Source: Ylistrum balloti
Taxonomy: Eukaryota
Reading direction: 5' to 3'
Length of the DNA: 64,000 bases
NCBI RefSeq assembly: GCF_031769215.1
Contig: NW_026782141.1
Coordinates: 186,001 to 250,000 of the forward strand
Positions 28,101-42,100 of this stretch are shown here, piece after piece. Position numbers and translations under genes: made by a program. Numbering within the stretch: the first letter of the stretch is position 1; each line of letters opens with the position of its first letter. Below the pieces are notes generated by a model that ran no database searches, was not told where the DNA came from, and saw nothing but the letters and a program-made list of their open reading frames with translations.

Positions 28101-28395
28101 AACTCTGGTATTGCCAAACTTCGTATAATTTGATGAAATATATGACCCATTAGGCTAGTCCGGGGTACAATTCCTTCCCTATTGTTAAGCATGCATGTTG
28201 ATGTCTCATTGCCGGTGAATGGCTTATGCGTCAAAACTGGTGATGCCACTTGTTTCATTTTGTTCACAATTACCCAATAAATTCAATTGCCATTCCTAAG
28301 GACTTCGAAACAAAGAGACATGAATATCACATATTTACCTTGAAGTGTTGATCTCTGTAGGAGCTTATAGCGGCAGAGCCTGACGGTAAAGACAT
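25105..28395 (-). CDS. NCBP2: Nuclear cap-binding protein subunit 2 (CBP20), 157 aa, 4 coding exons
   Basis: join(28339-28395, 27308-27489, 25824-25962, 25105-25200): [19 protein letters not shown]|[61 protein letters not shown]|[46 protein letters not shown]|[18 protein letters not shown]...*. Unmistakable CBP20 RRM. Confidence 0.98.
25490..25860 (-). repeat. 45-bp tandem array of NCBP2 exon-3 end + 5' splice site, in intron 3
   Basis: Exon end AGTATGGAAGAGGAAAGAGTGGAGGACAG|GTAAGT; unit AGTATGGTAGAGGAAAGAATTGAGAACAG|GTAAGTAAGAGGGAAC. Three extra CAG|GTAAGT sites at 45-bp spacing plus four more degenerate donor copies. Confidence 0.95.
25963..27307 (-). other. U12-type (minor spliceosome) GT-AG intron 2 of NCBP2
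   Basis: 5' end GTAACCTTTT (consensus GTATCCTTT). Perfect U12 branch site TTCCTTAAC (25973-25981) 10 nt before an AAG acceptor; no polypyrimidine tract. Confidence 0.85.
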
Positions 28396-28640
28396 CTTTG
28401 ATGTCATTTTGTTTTCAGGCTCCCTTTGACTCTCACGAATCGGCAAACTCGGTCCTCACCCGGATGCTTGCATCGCCACCTAGTGGCAAGACCCTGAAAA
28501 CCAGTCGTAGGCGAAGTGTTGCATTATTTGTGAGACATGGGGAAATGTCAAGTACGTAAACTTTCGATGTCAAAATGTAAAAATTGTGAAAATGGTGAGA
28601 CGGGGAAACATTATCATATGAAGCATTAACAAGTGAGTAT
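28396..28640. promoter_or_regulatory. Probable bidirectional promoter NCBP2/PIGZ with a CTCF-like motif
   Basis: Divergent genes and a GC-richer patch. CGCCACCTAGTGGC at 28474-28487. Plus-strand donor-like sites at ~28550 and ~28633 suggest PIGZ 5' UTR exon(s). TSS not observable. Confidence 0.55.
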
Positions 28641-31130
28641 TAATCAGAAAACTGTTTTCGTACTTTACTTTCCCAAAATTTGAGATTGAAATTGGTGGTA
28701 GATCCAGACACAGGATCCAGAACTCTTACGTTATCTGCGATAAAAAAAATAGGCGATGAGAGTGACACGGTACATTTTGAAAGATTTGGCCCAATTCGAT
28801 ATTTATAAACAAAATGATAATGTTATAATGTTAATGAATACGGGAAATAATTGTCTTTGTCTTTGGTTGCACGATTGGAAAAAGTTTCAAAAAATCTTGT
28901 GATGGTTTTGCAGGTGTGACTCACCAGCTTCGAACCATCAATGACGTCACTAGCAGACGAATCTTTGGTCGGTTGTTTCTACAGCATCCTATCAGTAGGC
29001 CAGACAACTTGTCTAGCTGCAATGATATGTGACAATCATGTAAATATTCAATGTAAATGTTAAATAATTTGCTATCAGAGATTGCACACACTCTACAAAT
29101 AAACAGCAGGTATTGTCATCTTAAAGACAATGAAAAGGCCTCTTTGGCCTGTCTTAAGACTATATGTGATTTGTAGTTATAGTTTATTAGCGAAAATTTG
29201 TACCTTTGTAAAAGCCTAATTCATAATAGGCCTGTGAATATATGACTTTATTGAGCATATTTTGTGGCCACATAAAATGTTTAATGAATATGACTTTTAT
29301 TTTCACTAGAAGAATTTTAAAATGTGAGAATAATTCGAAATGTGAAATTGTACATCAGAATGAGTTAATATGTGATAGGTTGCCCAAGAAGTTTTTTTTT
29401 CTTCAAAATGAACATTTAAACTCATTTTAAAAATCCTAAATGCATTTGTGTAACTGTATTTATAGATTAAGTAATACATTTTGGTTGGTGACCTTTTGAT
29501 TTTAACACTATAGATAAATTACTGCTGGTGCAATGCCAATCAAAACTTTTGATGGTACAGTGTTGATCAGTTAATTGGTATTATTGCTAACTGACAGCAC
29601 CTGAATTTGAAGTTTATTAGTTTATTTCCTGGTCCATGACTGGCGAACACAAACTCCAATGCCAGATCCCTGTACACATTAAATGATGGGGCATCCTGTT
29701 TAATACTCATCACTGATTGACTTCTGAGCTGATGTTTGCTGACGTGATGTACACATCCCTATTCCATGTTTAAGTAACTGATTATTTGCTTTTGATTTAG
29801 AAACCAAGTGGATATTAAGTTAGAGGTCTATGAAAATTTTTGGGGAATAATCATTAATCTACGTTCATTTCAGAATATAAAACTTCTTGATTCTAATGAA
29901 ATAACAGCTTCTGAGCGAGATATTGTGCAGCGACACAAATTTTCAATTATGTATGTATTAAGAGCAAAAATTTTGGCTACCCGTTCAAGTTCTCCTTTCA
30001 CAGGGTAGTTGATTCATTCTGATCTTTAAGGGTTACTTTCCTTAATTCCACATGATCAACACTGATGGTAAAGTGTTAAGCTTGACAACTCTAGGGGCCA
30101 AGAATGAGGCAACCTCATTTACTTGTACATGTGAACATTCACTTGTGATATTAAAAACTATAGTGTGTACAGTCTACTCCCATACACATTTTCTTTGTAT
30201 ATTTCATTACTTTATGATAGAAAAGATAATACTGTGACTGTTAGGTCCACTTGTTGTAGCAAGAATGTAAACCTCTTAGAAAATGTGTTCTTTTTCAAAA
30301 ACAACAACTTACAGATATTTTGAATTTAACACAATATGTTGTGATATATGAATGTTGTCTGTATAGGCCCCTTTTCCATCATTGTTGTATTTTTCTGTCA
30401 AGTTCACCTTTTAGAAAAGTGCATGATTACACATATCTGTCCTCTTAGTCATGTGGCCCTGGCTGTTGCATTGACTTTAGGCCCCAGGACAACAAAACAA
30501 AGCAGATTTACATGAGAATCAGTAGAGTACAAGCATGATGGACCAGTCTCTTCATATACAATACTCTTTATGCTAAACAATCAATTGGTCCATTTTTTGT
30601 TTAAAGGTTTGATAAGTTGGACCAGAGTTGTCTTTTATGATGTAAAAGCGAACATACTGATATACTTTTGTCTACTGATGAGCTTCAGCTAAACCTTTCA
30701 AGGCCTGTATTGATATTTTCAGGTCTGTCTGAATTTATGCCTGAAATGTTACAATTTAAAGTGTTGACAAAACAATATGTCTGCAGCAAATTGATGAAAC
30801 TGATGTCATAACTCTAGACCAAATGTAATCATTGCAATGCAATGCAAAATTGTACACTGTAGAGGTATAGGAGTCAAATCAAACACTTCAGATTCTCACC
30901 TGAGGTTGAATTATTTTATGCTTTACTGACTGTTATGGTCCCCAGTTTGGTTTGTAACATGAGTGGTTATGCTATTTACATCTCTTTTTTTATAGACCTG
31001 TCAGTCTCTAGTGTTATCAGAGTATGTTTGTTTAGAGCTAGTGCTTGATAACACAAAAGTTTCATATTGTTTTGTTTGTTTCAGATACACAATGCTATTT
31101 TATGGTGCATTGTATTAGGACTGCTACAAG

Positions 31131-33796
31131 ATGAGGAAATGGTATGCTGCACTGTGGTTGGTGCGAGTAGTGTTGGTGCTATTGCCACAAACTGCCTACA
31201 TCCATCCTGATGAGTTCTTCCAAACAGTGGAGGTTGTGGCAGGTAAAATTGTTCAATTACTGTTGTGAGACTGGAAAGCTCTTAATATATAGTTTGCCAA
31301 AAAGAAAAAAATGGCCTTGACTGAAAAAGCATTGATCAAATGTAAATCAGTTAAAACAATATAAATTTGAAAAGAAAGGAAGCATTTTTTTCCAGTCCAT
31401 GTGCATCTTTGATGGAGAAAAACACAAATACCTCCCAAAACAATAACAACAAAATAATATCTATTGAACACATAGATGAAAGTTTTAGCAGCAAATGTTG
31501 TAATTATTTAAACCTAAGAGAAGTATTCCTACTTGTGAGATCAAGAGAATATTTCAGCCTTGGAGAAAGGAAGGTGCACTAATCATTGTGCCACGAAGAG
31601 CCTCCCCTCCCCAAGATAAACATCATGTCGTGTATTACAAACAAGTATTCATGCCATTTACCTTTCTACATGCTGCTTAACACATAAAGTTGGAAAAGCA
31701 TTTTTGATATATGAATTCTTGCCAAATTTTCTTTCAAATTTTTTGTTTTTCATATTTTCAATGTTTGGTGAAACAGGGGACATATGATAATTGTATTATA
31801 CTTTCATAGTCAACCTTTTAAGTCTTAATACAAAATGTCTTGCAAGAAATTGAAGCACCTTGTGAATTGTTTAGCATGTGACCATTTGACATGCAAGACC
31901 TGATTTGGTAATGTATTGTACAACACCTGCACCTACATCTGTACAAATGTTAAGGCACCCTTTCTAAATCCTGTGTGGATAAGTTGATGTAATTCTAATT
32001 TTTTTTTTAAATTTCTTTAAATTTTACACAATGACTATTAAATGATTCAATACTCCAACGTGATGAAAATCTCATTAGCATAATATTTTTCAGGTGACAT
32101 CCTGGGCTTGGATACCTACACTCCATGGGAGTTCAACTCCACGTCTCCAATACGTAGCGTAACTCTGCCGTTTACAATCCTGGGACCACCACTTCTCCTT
32201 TTCAACTTCTTCACACATCATTTCCCTATACTTGAGACATCTTACCTCATCCTCGTGCTGCCACGCTTAGTCATGGTCCTCCTAACTGTTGTTTTGGACC
32301 TTTCAGTGTATTACATGTGCCAGTGTCTCAACCTGAACGAGTGGATGGGTCTTATGTTAGTGTCATCAAGCTACGTAACGTTGACTTACTTGACAAGGAC
32401 ATTCACAAACAGTTTTGAGACCACGTTTCTTTCACTATTATTAGTAGTGTTAATAAGAGAGTGGAAATCAACAAGAAGTTCAACAATTCTGAATTTTAAA
32501 GTACTGAGTACAGATGTCAAAGATAAAAAATCAAAGAAGAAATTTAAGCCAAAAAAGAAAATCAAAAGTACGTTTATTGCTGAAATTCCTAGATATAGGC
32601 CTTATGAATGCATAACTAGTAATTTTCTCCCCTTGTCAGCTTTTCTTGTTGGGATGATTGTTGTGGCAGGTATGTTTAATCGCCCAACTTTTCTAATATT
32701 TTGTAGCATGCCAATCTTTTTCTGGATTTTATCTTATTATACCAAGACAAACAAATTCAATTCCATTATGACCATTGTGATATTTTCTGGTCTCGGTTTC
32801 CTGTTATCGTTTGTTATTTTTGTGTTTGTAGATTCTGTGTACTTTAATCCTCAAATATTATCAACTGTTAAAAGTGATTTTGAAAATTGTCAATCTTCGC
32901 GAAAAGACTATGTCATGTGCTTGAAAGACACAATCACAAAATATGTCATTGTTACTCCTTGGAACTTTATAAGGTATAATACAAAACGTGATAACTTGGC
33001 GCAGCATGGCATACACCCGTGGTATGTTCATCTACTGGTCAACATGCCGTTACTGTTTGGACCAATGTGTGTTGTGATGTATTACTATATTGTTAAGTTT
33101 GTATTGGACTTGTACAAAAAGACATGGAAGAGTCACAACCTGGCTTTGATATTCAGTAATTTTATGCCATTGATTCTTCTGTCATATTTTCCTCATCAAG
33201 AGCCGAGATTTCTCATTCCATTATTACCTACTATGACGCTGATCACATTGAAAATTGTTAGTTCTGTGAACCACAAATCATTTCTTTGTACATGGATTGT
33301 ATTCAATCTATTGTTGACTTTATTGTTTGGATTTCTTCATCAGGGAAGTTTGACTTCATGTATTCAATATTTTCAGCATAATCTCCATTCCAAGTGCAAA
33401 ACAAAAGAATCATCTAAACACTGTTTTACTCATAAAGATAAATTCATATTTTATCATACATACATGCCTCCACGATATTTGTTTTTAGATGAAAATGCAA
33501 ACAAGCAAATAGTTGATTTACAAGGACAGAACTGGACTAGTCTTAGCAATCATAAGCCCAAAACAGTGAAACACCAAGTGTATGTGATATTACCAGGGTC
33601 TCTTATACAGGAGGCAAAACATCATTTAAAATTTGACATTGTTACTCAATTTTCATTGCATTTAACAATGGAGGACCCACCAGATCTATCGCTGTTGTTT
33701 CATTTATACGAAGACTTTACGTGTCATAACTTTTATAAAATATGGACAGAATTATCATCACAGATGTCATTATTTATAATTAAAATAAAAAGGTAA
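31131..33796 (+). CDS. PIGZ: GPI mannosyltransferase 4 (SMP3/PIG-Z, glycosyltransferase family 22), 604 aa, 2 coding exons
   Basis: join(31131-31242, 32094-33796): [51 protein letters not shown]..., with later [41 protein letters not shown] and HQG motifs. Confidence 0.96.
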
Positions 33797-36198
33797 TATT
33801 TTGGTTTTGCTTTATTTTTTGCTTACTTCCTCAAAATAAATTGGTTGAATAAGTATGCCTATATTAGTTCAGAATGGCTGAAGGAATTTTTAACTGATGC
33901 AAGTACACAGAATATATATAAATGGAAAGTGTAGTCCTACATGGGATGAAGTAATGGCAATTTGTACCTCCACCAACCTTACAATCTTATTGTTTGTGTA
34001 GACTAAATATAATTGAAACAGAGGAGGCCTGGTTTAGATATTAGTCAAGTGAACAAGGGATGGAGTAGCAAGACCAAGCAAGGAAAAAGTGTTTGTTTGA
34101 AGTTTGTGTTCATGTACCAGCTAAGGTAACAAAACAAGTGATAAGGCTTGAGTGTGTTTTGAAAAAGTCATTTCATGAAATATCATATATATATAAATAA
34201 CATGATACCCCACCAACTCACATTGTGATGACAGTTGCTAATCTCATTATCAACTGCCAATCAAGCAGAGAGCCATACATGCAATTCTTGGAAGATTATG
34301 GTTTTGTCCTGGTTAGTGAGGCCCAAGTCTACATCCTTCACTTGTACTTTATTGTCAAGTAAGGCATAAGGAAAAGAGAAATTAAGAAAAAAAGCGAGAA
34401 ATATCTTATAATTCAATCCATTAGAACAGCAGATATTGTTCTTGAGCCCTATCTATAGGAACTTAATTTCACATTCACAATGGGAATTCAAGTTGTTGGT
34501 GTAGCCATCTTTGCTAAATGGGGAAAAACTAATGACAGGATAATTTTATCTTTCGCAATGTGCATTGCGCCCTACCTGAAAGGGAATGTAATGCAATGTA
34601 AGAAAGATTGGGATGTTTGACTAATATGGTATTGGAGATGAAAAATCTATGACAAGGGGAATTTTATCTTTTATTAATGGAGTGAATTAGAGGAAGTGTT
34701 TTTATTGGTTAGAAGGGTTGTCATGATCTGGTTTAACAATACACTACCATAGTGAAGATATAAGACTTGCAGTCACTTGTCATTGTCTCACTTTTGACCT
34801 CTGAGTTAATTATCGCCCATGTGAGGAAAGCTATAGGTCTTGTCTATAAACCATGCCATACATAAATGGTGTCACAGAGTGATACTTCATTCTCAGCACT
34901 AAATCAGATCCACAAGGAAATAACTGCCCATGTTGATGTCGGTATGATGGAGAAGGGATGTTAAACTATCATGTCCAAGTCCAGCAGTTGTGAAGGGATA
35001 AAGCCGGACGAAACAAAGATACCACAGAATAATCTTATCTCGTAATGGTGGGCCAAAACATACTTCCAACTTTTCAAAATTCTCACTCGGGAAGAAGTAT
35101 CTAAATGACATTTTTGAATCAACATGATATGTTGCACATCTCAACATGAATGTCGCAAAGGAAAGATCTAAAGGACATTTGGTTGATATATTTAGGTAAG
35201 GTTAAGTTAATAACTTCATTATATGCATGTTTTACTATAACATAATAAAAGTCGCTGTTTTATTACAAGTCAGGACAAGATGGGATTTAAAAGATAATGT
35301 GAATCCTCTTTGAAATAAAATTTAATTAATTTTTCAGTACTCTATGAATTCGTACAATATAACACATAGCAAGATTTACGATTATTTGTTTAGTTGTTGG
35401 TATTGATATTTTTTTATTTCCAAATACAGTGTTTAAAAAAAAAATTAAATTCAAATATGAAAAAATATTGATTATCTCATGAAAATTTAAGCTACTATTG
35501 AAGTACAACCTATAGAAAAAAAAATAAAAAACATCAATGTACGGTAAATTTCTGAGTTCATTAAATTGTTTAAAAAAAATTCCAATATGAATAAGTAGGA
35601 TTGATAATTCAATGATCTTTCATCATTATTTAAAGATAAGAGACATTTTATAATTAGTGTGTTTAGAAACAAATTAAGAGATGACAAGAACATATTCTCA
35701 AGGATTGTCCAACAGAATAGTTTATTATCACTAATTTCTCATTACTTCGTAGTCCGCAATATCTTTCTTAATCACAAGAAATTTGCATATAGGTTGCTGA
35801 AGGTAAAAATGAGTACTTTTCATGTTTGCAATCTGCATCATCCTTACTCTTGTTATTTATAAGAAGTCGCTTCAAAATCCTGTTGACAGGCTACTTACAA
35901 ATATTTTGAAGTCATTTGGCACACATGACCTAGCCTAATATCTTGACCCTGGATCTTGCAATAACTGAGAAGCAGTTGCTTAAAGGAAATAGCCAATGGT
36001 TAATAACCTACTGAACAGCTTTCTCACACTTTCGGCAAGTCAGCTAATAACTATACAAGAAGTCTTGGGTTAAAATGCTTTCACACATTTTATTTAAAAT
36101 ACATATACATTTTGCATTTTCAAATGTCATATCCAATTATCCATATGCTTTTGAACTCCAGGTCTAGGTGTTACAATGGTTTTGTACAAGAGATATTA

Positions 36199-39100
36199 TT
36201 ATTGATCCTTATCGTCTGTTGCTGTGTTCACAAAGGAGGACAACATCAACTCCAGCTCAGAATTCTCCTCTGCATCCTCCTGAAGTGATATAAATTGAAA
36301 TGACAAATCAATGTTTCAATAGTCAGGAAATCTTAATGATGTATTCATACATTTCAAAAGCATGCTGATTATTGGAATTGACCTTACCTAATGTTTTACA
36401 AACGACATCCTCTTACCTTTCACAACTGTCCTATCAACATTTTAAGCCAGAATGCCAAAACAAACATGAACTAGAGGGCTCTAACTCTTTTCGATATTTC
36501 AGCCAATGAGAAGGCCAGGATCGGTAAATTTTGTCTGAAAGGCCGTCACAATAGGCTATTACGTACTGAATACGTTTAGCCTTAAAATGAATTACCATCT
36601 GCCACATATATGTAATGTAGAAAAATTAGTGTTGAAGAAAGTTTTACAGTAGTTTTTAAGTTGGGGATGCGGAAAGGTTTAAATCTAAAGTATACTAAAT
36701 AACTAACTACAAAATTACGTGTTTACCTGATTCTCATTTAGTTCTTTCTCAGAGTCTTTTATAACCTCTCTGACTACAGTATCTTTGGTATCAACCTCCT
36801 GCTTTCTCCCTTTTCTATCACAGTGTTCTTCAAGGTCCTCAACAGCTTTAGCATCAAGGAGGTCTGGAGAAGACTCTGGGACTGCAGCGCAGTCAGTAGC
36901 ACTAGTGCACTCTGTGACCACTGTGTCCTCCTCATCTACCTCACCACCAGTGTGTTCTGTGACTCCTGGGTCCCTGCCATCCACCATCACAGAAGTGTCA
37001 ACACTAACCTCCATTTCTGTGTGTGACTCACTTTCTGATGAATCCTCATCCTCTTCCATCAGCTCTAAGTCTTGTTGAACTATGTGACCTTGTTGAGATG
37101 TAGATGCTTCCATGTCATCATTGTATCTACTAATGGCTGCAGTAACTTCATTTGTTTTACTTTCGTTTTGAACATGTGATGACATATCATCATTTTTGGT
37201 CCTTGAAAATATTCTTTTCCCAGCCTCTCCGATTTCAAAGTCACTGCTGTTTTCTGAATGACTAAAAAGTGATCTCCGTTTATGTGATGATGTGAAATTT
37301 TGGGAATCAGATTGCTGCTGTATGAAATTTGAAGACTTTTCAATGTCATGATGACCATTAAGGTCCTTATTTGTGTCCACTGTTTGATCTGTCTGACTGT
37401 CCTTACTGCCTCCCACAGTTAACACTTGAGTAACCACCACTGGGGCTTTAATACAAGGTGCACGAGGATGAATCAGTGCCTCTAGAGTTCTTTGTGCCTC
37501 CAAACAAATCTTGTTAACCTAAAACAGAAAACAAAATGTGCTTCTGTGAAATCATTCATCTCCGTGAAAGGAGTGAGGGGGTTAATCATAACCAACCAAT
37601 TCATACGTCCAATAACTGTTGAAGTTAATATAAGCAGATTTGTTGAGCTATACTTATCAAGTCTTCACAAAATAGCATTTTTTTTGAAAGACCACAAAAA
37701 CTGACTCCCAAAATATATCTGATTTTACAGCATTATCATGACCGAGGTAATTAGATGTTCTCAGATGTTTTATCATCAGTAACCCTGTTTGACAATTTTA
37801 AGATACAATTTATTTCCCTGCTTATTACATGAATATTTTCTGATTGTTGTTTCTATCACATATACTTGAAAGACAGTATCCACTTCAATTACAAATGTAC
37901 ACGATTGTGCTGACACTTTGGACTGCTGCAGTATGGAATATCATTAACAAAACCAAAAGTGTTTAAACTTGAAAGGTATTCAGGAAGATTTTCAATCATC
38001 TGCAATTTGTTGTCATCAGCTAAAGACACATTCTGAACAGTACATCAGTAAAATCCTGTCTATGCAGCATTCCCATCAAGGTAGAAAATGATGTAGCTAT
38101 TTAATCTTTAACAGGTGTAGGAATATACTGTACTTACCTTAAAGGACTGGTCATGAAGCCCCATCCTGAAGATCCCTAAGGAACAGTGGAGCGGTGAGGG
38201 TGTCGAGGGATGAGGCACTAGACAACAGGCCAGCAGTACCCTTAGTATCTGGTATCTACAACATGGGTCTCTGTAAGGAATCTCTGAGTTCTTCCTCTGT
38301 TGGAACATTGCAAGGCATGTCGAAATAGCAAACTCCTGTACATTCTACAAAACAATACATTTTATGATTAAGAAGCAAAAAATGTGTTTTTACTAAAGGT
38401 TGCTAATTAAAAGTTTCAATATAGAAATGTTACCAAGACAACTAACAAATCTTGAAAAAAACACTTGAGTATTATTTGTTACATTTTTCTCAGATGTCTT
38501 ACCTTTTGTATCTACTTGACATCTTACCTGTAAGTTTATAAAACTAATCTATAATCATACCAGAGGATTTTGGAGTGATATTTGAGAACCTACCTGTGGT
38601 ATTTTGTGTAATATCTAAGAACTTAACTGTGGTATTTTGTGTAATATCTAAGAACTTACCTGTGGTATTTTGTGTAATATCTAAGAATTTACCTGTGGTA
38701 TTTTGTGTAATATCTAAGAACTTACCTGTGGTATTTTGTGTAATATCTAAGAACTTACCTGTGGTATTTTGTGTAATATCTAAGAATTTACCTGTGGTAT
38801 TTTGTGTAATATCTAAGAACTTACCTGTGGTATTTTGTGTAATATCTAAGAACCTACCTGTGGTATTTTGTGTAATATCTAAGAACTTACCTGTGGTATT
38901 TTGTGTAATATCTAAGAATTTACCTGTGGTATTATGTGTAATATCTAAGAACCTACCTGTGGTATTTTGTGTAATATCTAAGAATTTACCTGTGGTATTT
39001 TGTGTAATATCTAAGAACCTACCTGTGGTATTTTGTGTAATATCTAAGAATTTACCTGTGGTATTTTGTGTAATATCTAAGAACCTACCTGTGGTATTTT

Positions 39101-42100
39101 GTGTAATATCTAAGATTTTACCTGTGGTATTTTATGTGATATTTGTGACTTACCTGTAAAGGTTTTGGACATCCAAGATCTTTTGGTCATATAATATATA
39201 AGATCACCTGTAATATATTTTGGACACAGTCTCACTGTATTTTATTTCAGACATGAGATCTTACCTGTAATATTTTCTGTGACATTTGAGATCCAATTGC
39301 TGTGAGCCACCAGTAAAGGGCTGTAAATAAAAGGGATGCAATCTTATTCAGTATTTTTGCGGCAATGGAATACTAAATGGTCTAGATTAATTAGGACAGG
39401 AGTCACAGGACTAAAAAAGAGTTTATACACCTAATATTAGATAACTTTTACTGAAATTCAGGCCTACTGGGGGGTGGGCTGAACGTGAGTAATAACAATT
39501 AAAAATATCACAGAAGAAACATTTATATTCATTGTGATCCAATGCTTAAAATTCCTAGAAAACAGCATGATCAACAGCAATAGTCATTTAGAGGCAGACA
39601 CAATCTACCCAAACACCTTGGATCTTCACAAAAGGTCCCAAAGTCTAATATCTAATGACTGAGCTACCATGGCCCAAACACATATTATTATAACCACTGT
39701 ATGGACGGGATAGGTAGAGAACATTTACCCTCTAATGCTGCTGACACCAGATCTGCCCCTGCCAACCTGTCAATCTTCCTCAGGGAGCTAATACCCTGTG
39801 ATATTTCCTGGTAACCTGTCTTCTTTTTCTTGCGAGGAGGCGGTTGAGGATCAGACTTACTGGTACTATCTCCTGCACCACTAGAAAGCTGACAACACAA
39901 GTTATCACAAAGTCATTTCCTTATTCTCATCATCAATATTTCTTCAGCAGCTGTTATACAAGTCATTCATGTTGGTATGGATTAGAATTATAAAACAAAT
40001 CAAGAGTAATTATCATATCTGTAAAAAGATATCAATGAAACAAACTGATAAGTTATTTGAAAACAGCCAAGTTTGTAAACCCTTTGAGAATTGTACCAGT
40101 CTTTGATTTCGATTCAATGATCACATGAGAAGTTAGTTGATAAAATGTAAAACAACACAGTAAATAACAAACAAATGAAGTGTTGATCCAGTCATGATTT
40201 AAAGACATCATTTGAAAACATTCATGCAGGTAGATCATGTTATATTTTACTTACAAAAACATGGATAGACCTAAATTAAGTTCCATATTTAAATAATTTA
40301 TGTCATGAAGCAACACTACTCTCAGCACGCAAACTCAAGAATCATTATTTCATTCAAACTTGAAAGTACAGCACTTTTATTGAATCCCTGACAGTGCCAC
40401 AGTAAAATCTTTTTTAATATCCATAATTTTTCTCAAAATGTGTAAAGCTGACTTCATGGATACATATAACTCAATCAATAGGCTTATTCTAATTTTATCA
40501 GTTATAGTGAATGTTGATTTAGTTGATTCAGAGTACCCACAATATAAATAAAAATAAAACACCCACAAAAACTAATGATTTCACAGTATACAGTTCACCA
40601 CCATACTTACCATGTACAGTACTTATACACTGTAACTATCAATAGACTTGACAGTTGTAAGCAATTCTAATGAGACTGCAGTAGATATGGGTGGGCTTAT
40701 TACCAGGCATACTCCCATATAATTACTGTACCTTGAATGTATCAAGTTGCATTCCAGCATCATGAAGTATCTCCTCACATAAGGCTGAGTCTTCAGTGGA
40801 TGTCTCTACGAAGGTAACTGTCATTTGGAACCATAGTGTCAGACAGTTGTATACACTCTTCCTCAGTTCACTGTTGTTAAATTATAAATATCATGATGTA
40901 AACTATGATCATTGTCAGCTATCTTTATATAATACAGAATATATTTACAGAATAATACACAAAACATCACATTTACATTAGGATCATCATCATGGACAGT
41001 CAGTAAATACAAAGAAATTTGTGTGATTTATCATCAGTTCATCCTCAATACTTCAGGGTTACCATCACTATCACTCTCCGCATCCCTTGAAATTTTATTA
41101 TAGCAAAAACAGTCTGTAGTTTGGTGTGATGTGATATGTGTAGGGTGGGTTCTGTCAGTAGTTAGGTTTGGTGTGTTACCTGTAGGGTGGGGTCTATCAG
41201 TAGTTAGGTGTGGTGTGTTACCTGTAGGGTGGGGTCTATCAGTAGTTAGGTGTGGTGTGTTACCTGTAGGGTGGGGTCTATCAGTAGTTAGGTGTGGTGT
41301 GTTACCTGTAGGGTTGGGTCTATCAGTAGTTAGGTGTGGTGTGTTACCTGTAGGATGGGGTCTATCAGTAGTTAGGTGTGGTGTGTTACCTGTAGGGTGG
41401 GGTCTATCAGTAGTTAGGTGTGGGGTCTGACCGTAGTTTGTTTTGGTGTGTTACCTGTTGGGTGGAGTCCTTAGTAAAGTGTGTTACCTGTAGGGGCGCG
41501 CCTGCCCGTAGTTTGGAGTGGAATGACTCCAGACTAGTTCTTGTACCAGCAGAGTCAGTACCAACTTGGTGTGAGGCAGAAGGTGAAGTTTACAGCTACA
41601 AAATAGATAAATCATGTAAAATCGGACACCATAACATCAGTATGGTATGCTATAGGTAAATCTGGGAATTCATTAATATACTCTAGCAGAAACAAATAGC
41701 CCAGCTCACCTGGATATTTCAGTCATCAAGACAAAATCTCTCATTTGCATAGCATGAATATTTCTAATTTCTACCACACTAAGTTCCACAAAAAGACCAA
41801 TATAATTTCATTTTCTGGTGAAATAGAAGTTTCAATGCAAAATAAGTGAAATAAAAACAACAAAATTTTCACTTGTTGTTCCCATTGGCTAGCCAAACAT
41901 TTATACAAGTTCAACAATGAGCTTTACTCATTTATTAGTTCTACAGATGACTGTGTAATGGTCATAACCTTGACCTAAAAATGAATAAGCCATTGGCATG
42001 CACAGACTCTTGTAACTGTGCACTGACACACCAAAACCAGTTCATGAGTAATGTAACAAAACACCTACAACAGATCAGGGAAAAAGATCACACTGTGTTG

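Noticed and set aside
36785-37358. Antisense and alternate-frame ORFs over PELP1 exon 16, PELP1 exons, pogo and WRAP53 exon 1
   Set aside because: Shadows of real coding or transposase sequence.
38575-39159. 194-aa repetitive plus-strand ORF (NLPVVFCVISK)n
   Set aside because: By-product of a 33-bp unit lacking stops in that frame; antisense inside a PELP1 intron.
41131-41430. 99-aa repetitive ORF (VLPVGWGLSVVRCG)n
   Set aside because: Same artefact, from the 42-bp array.
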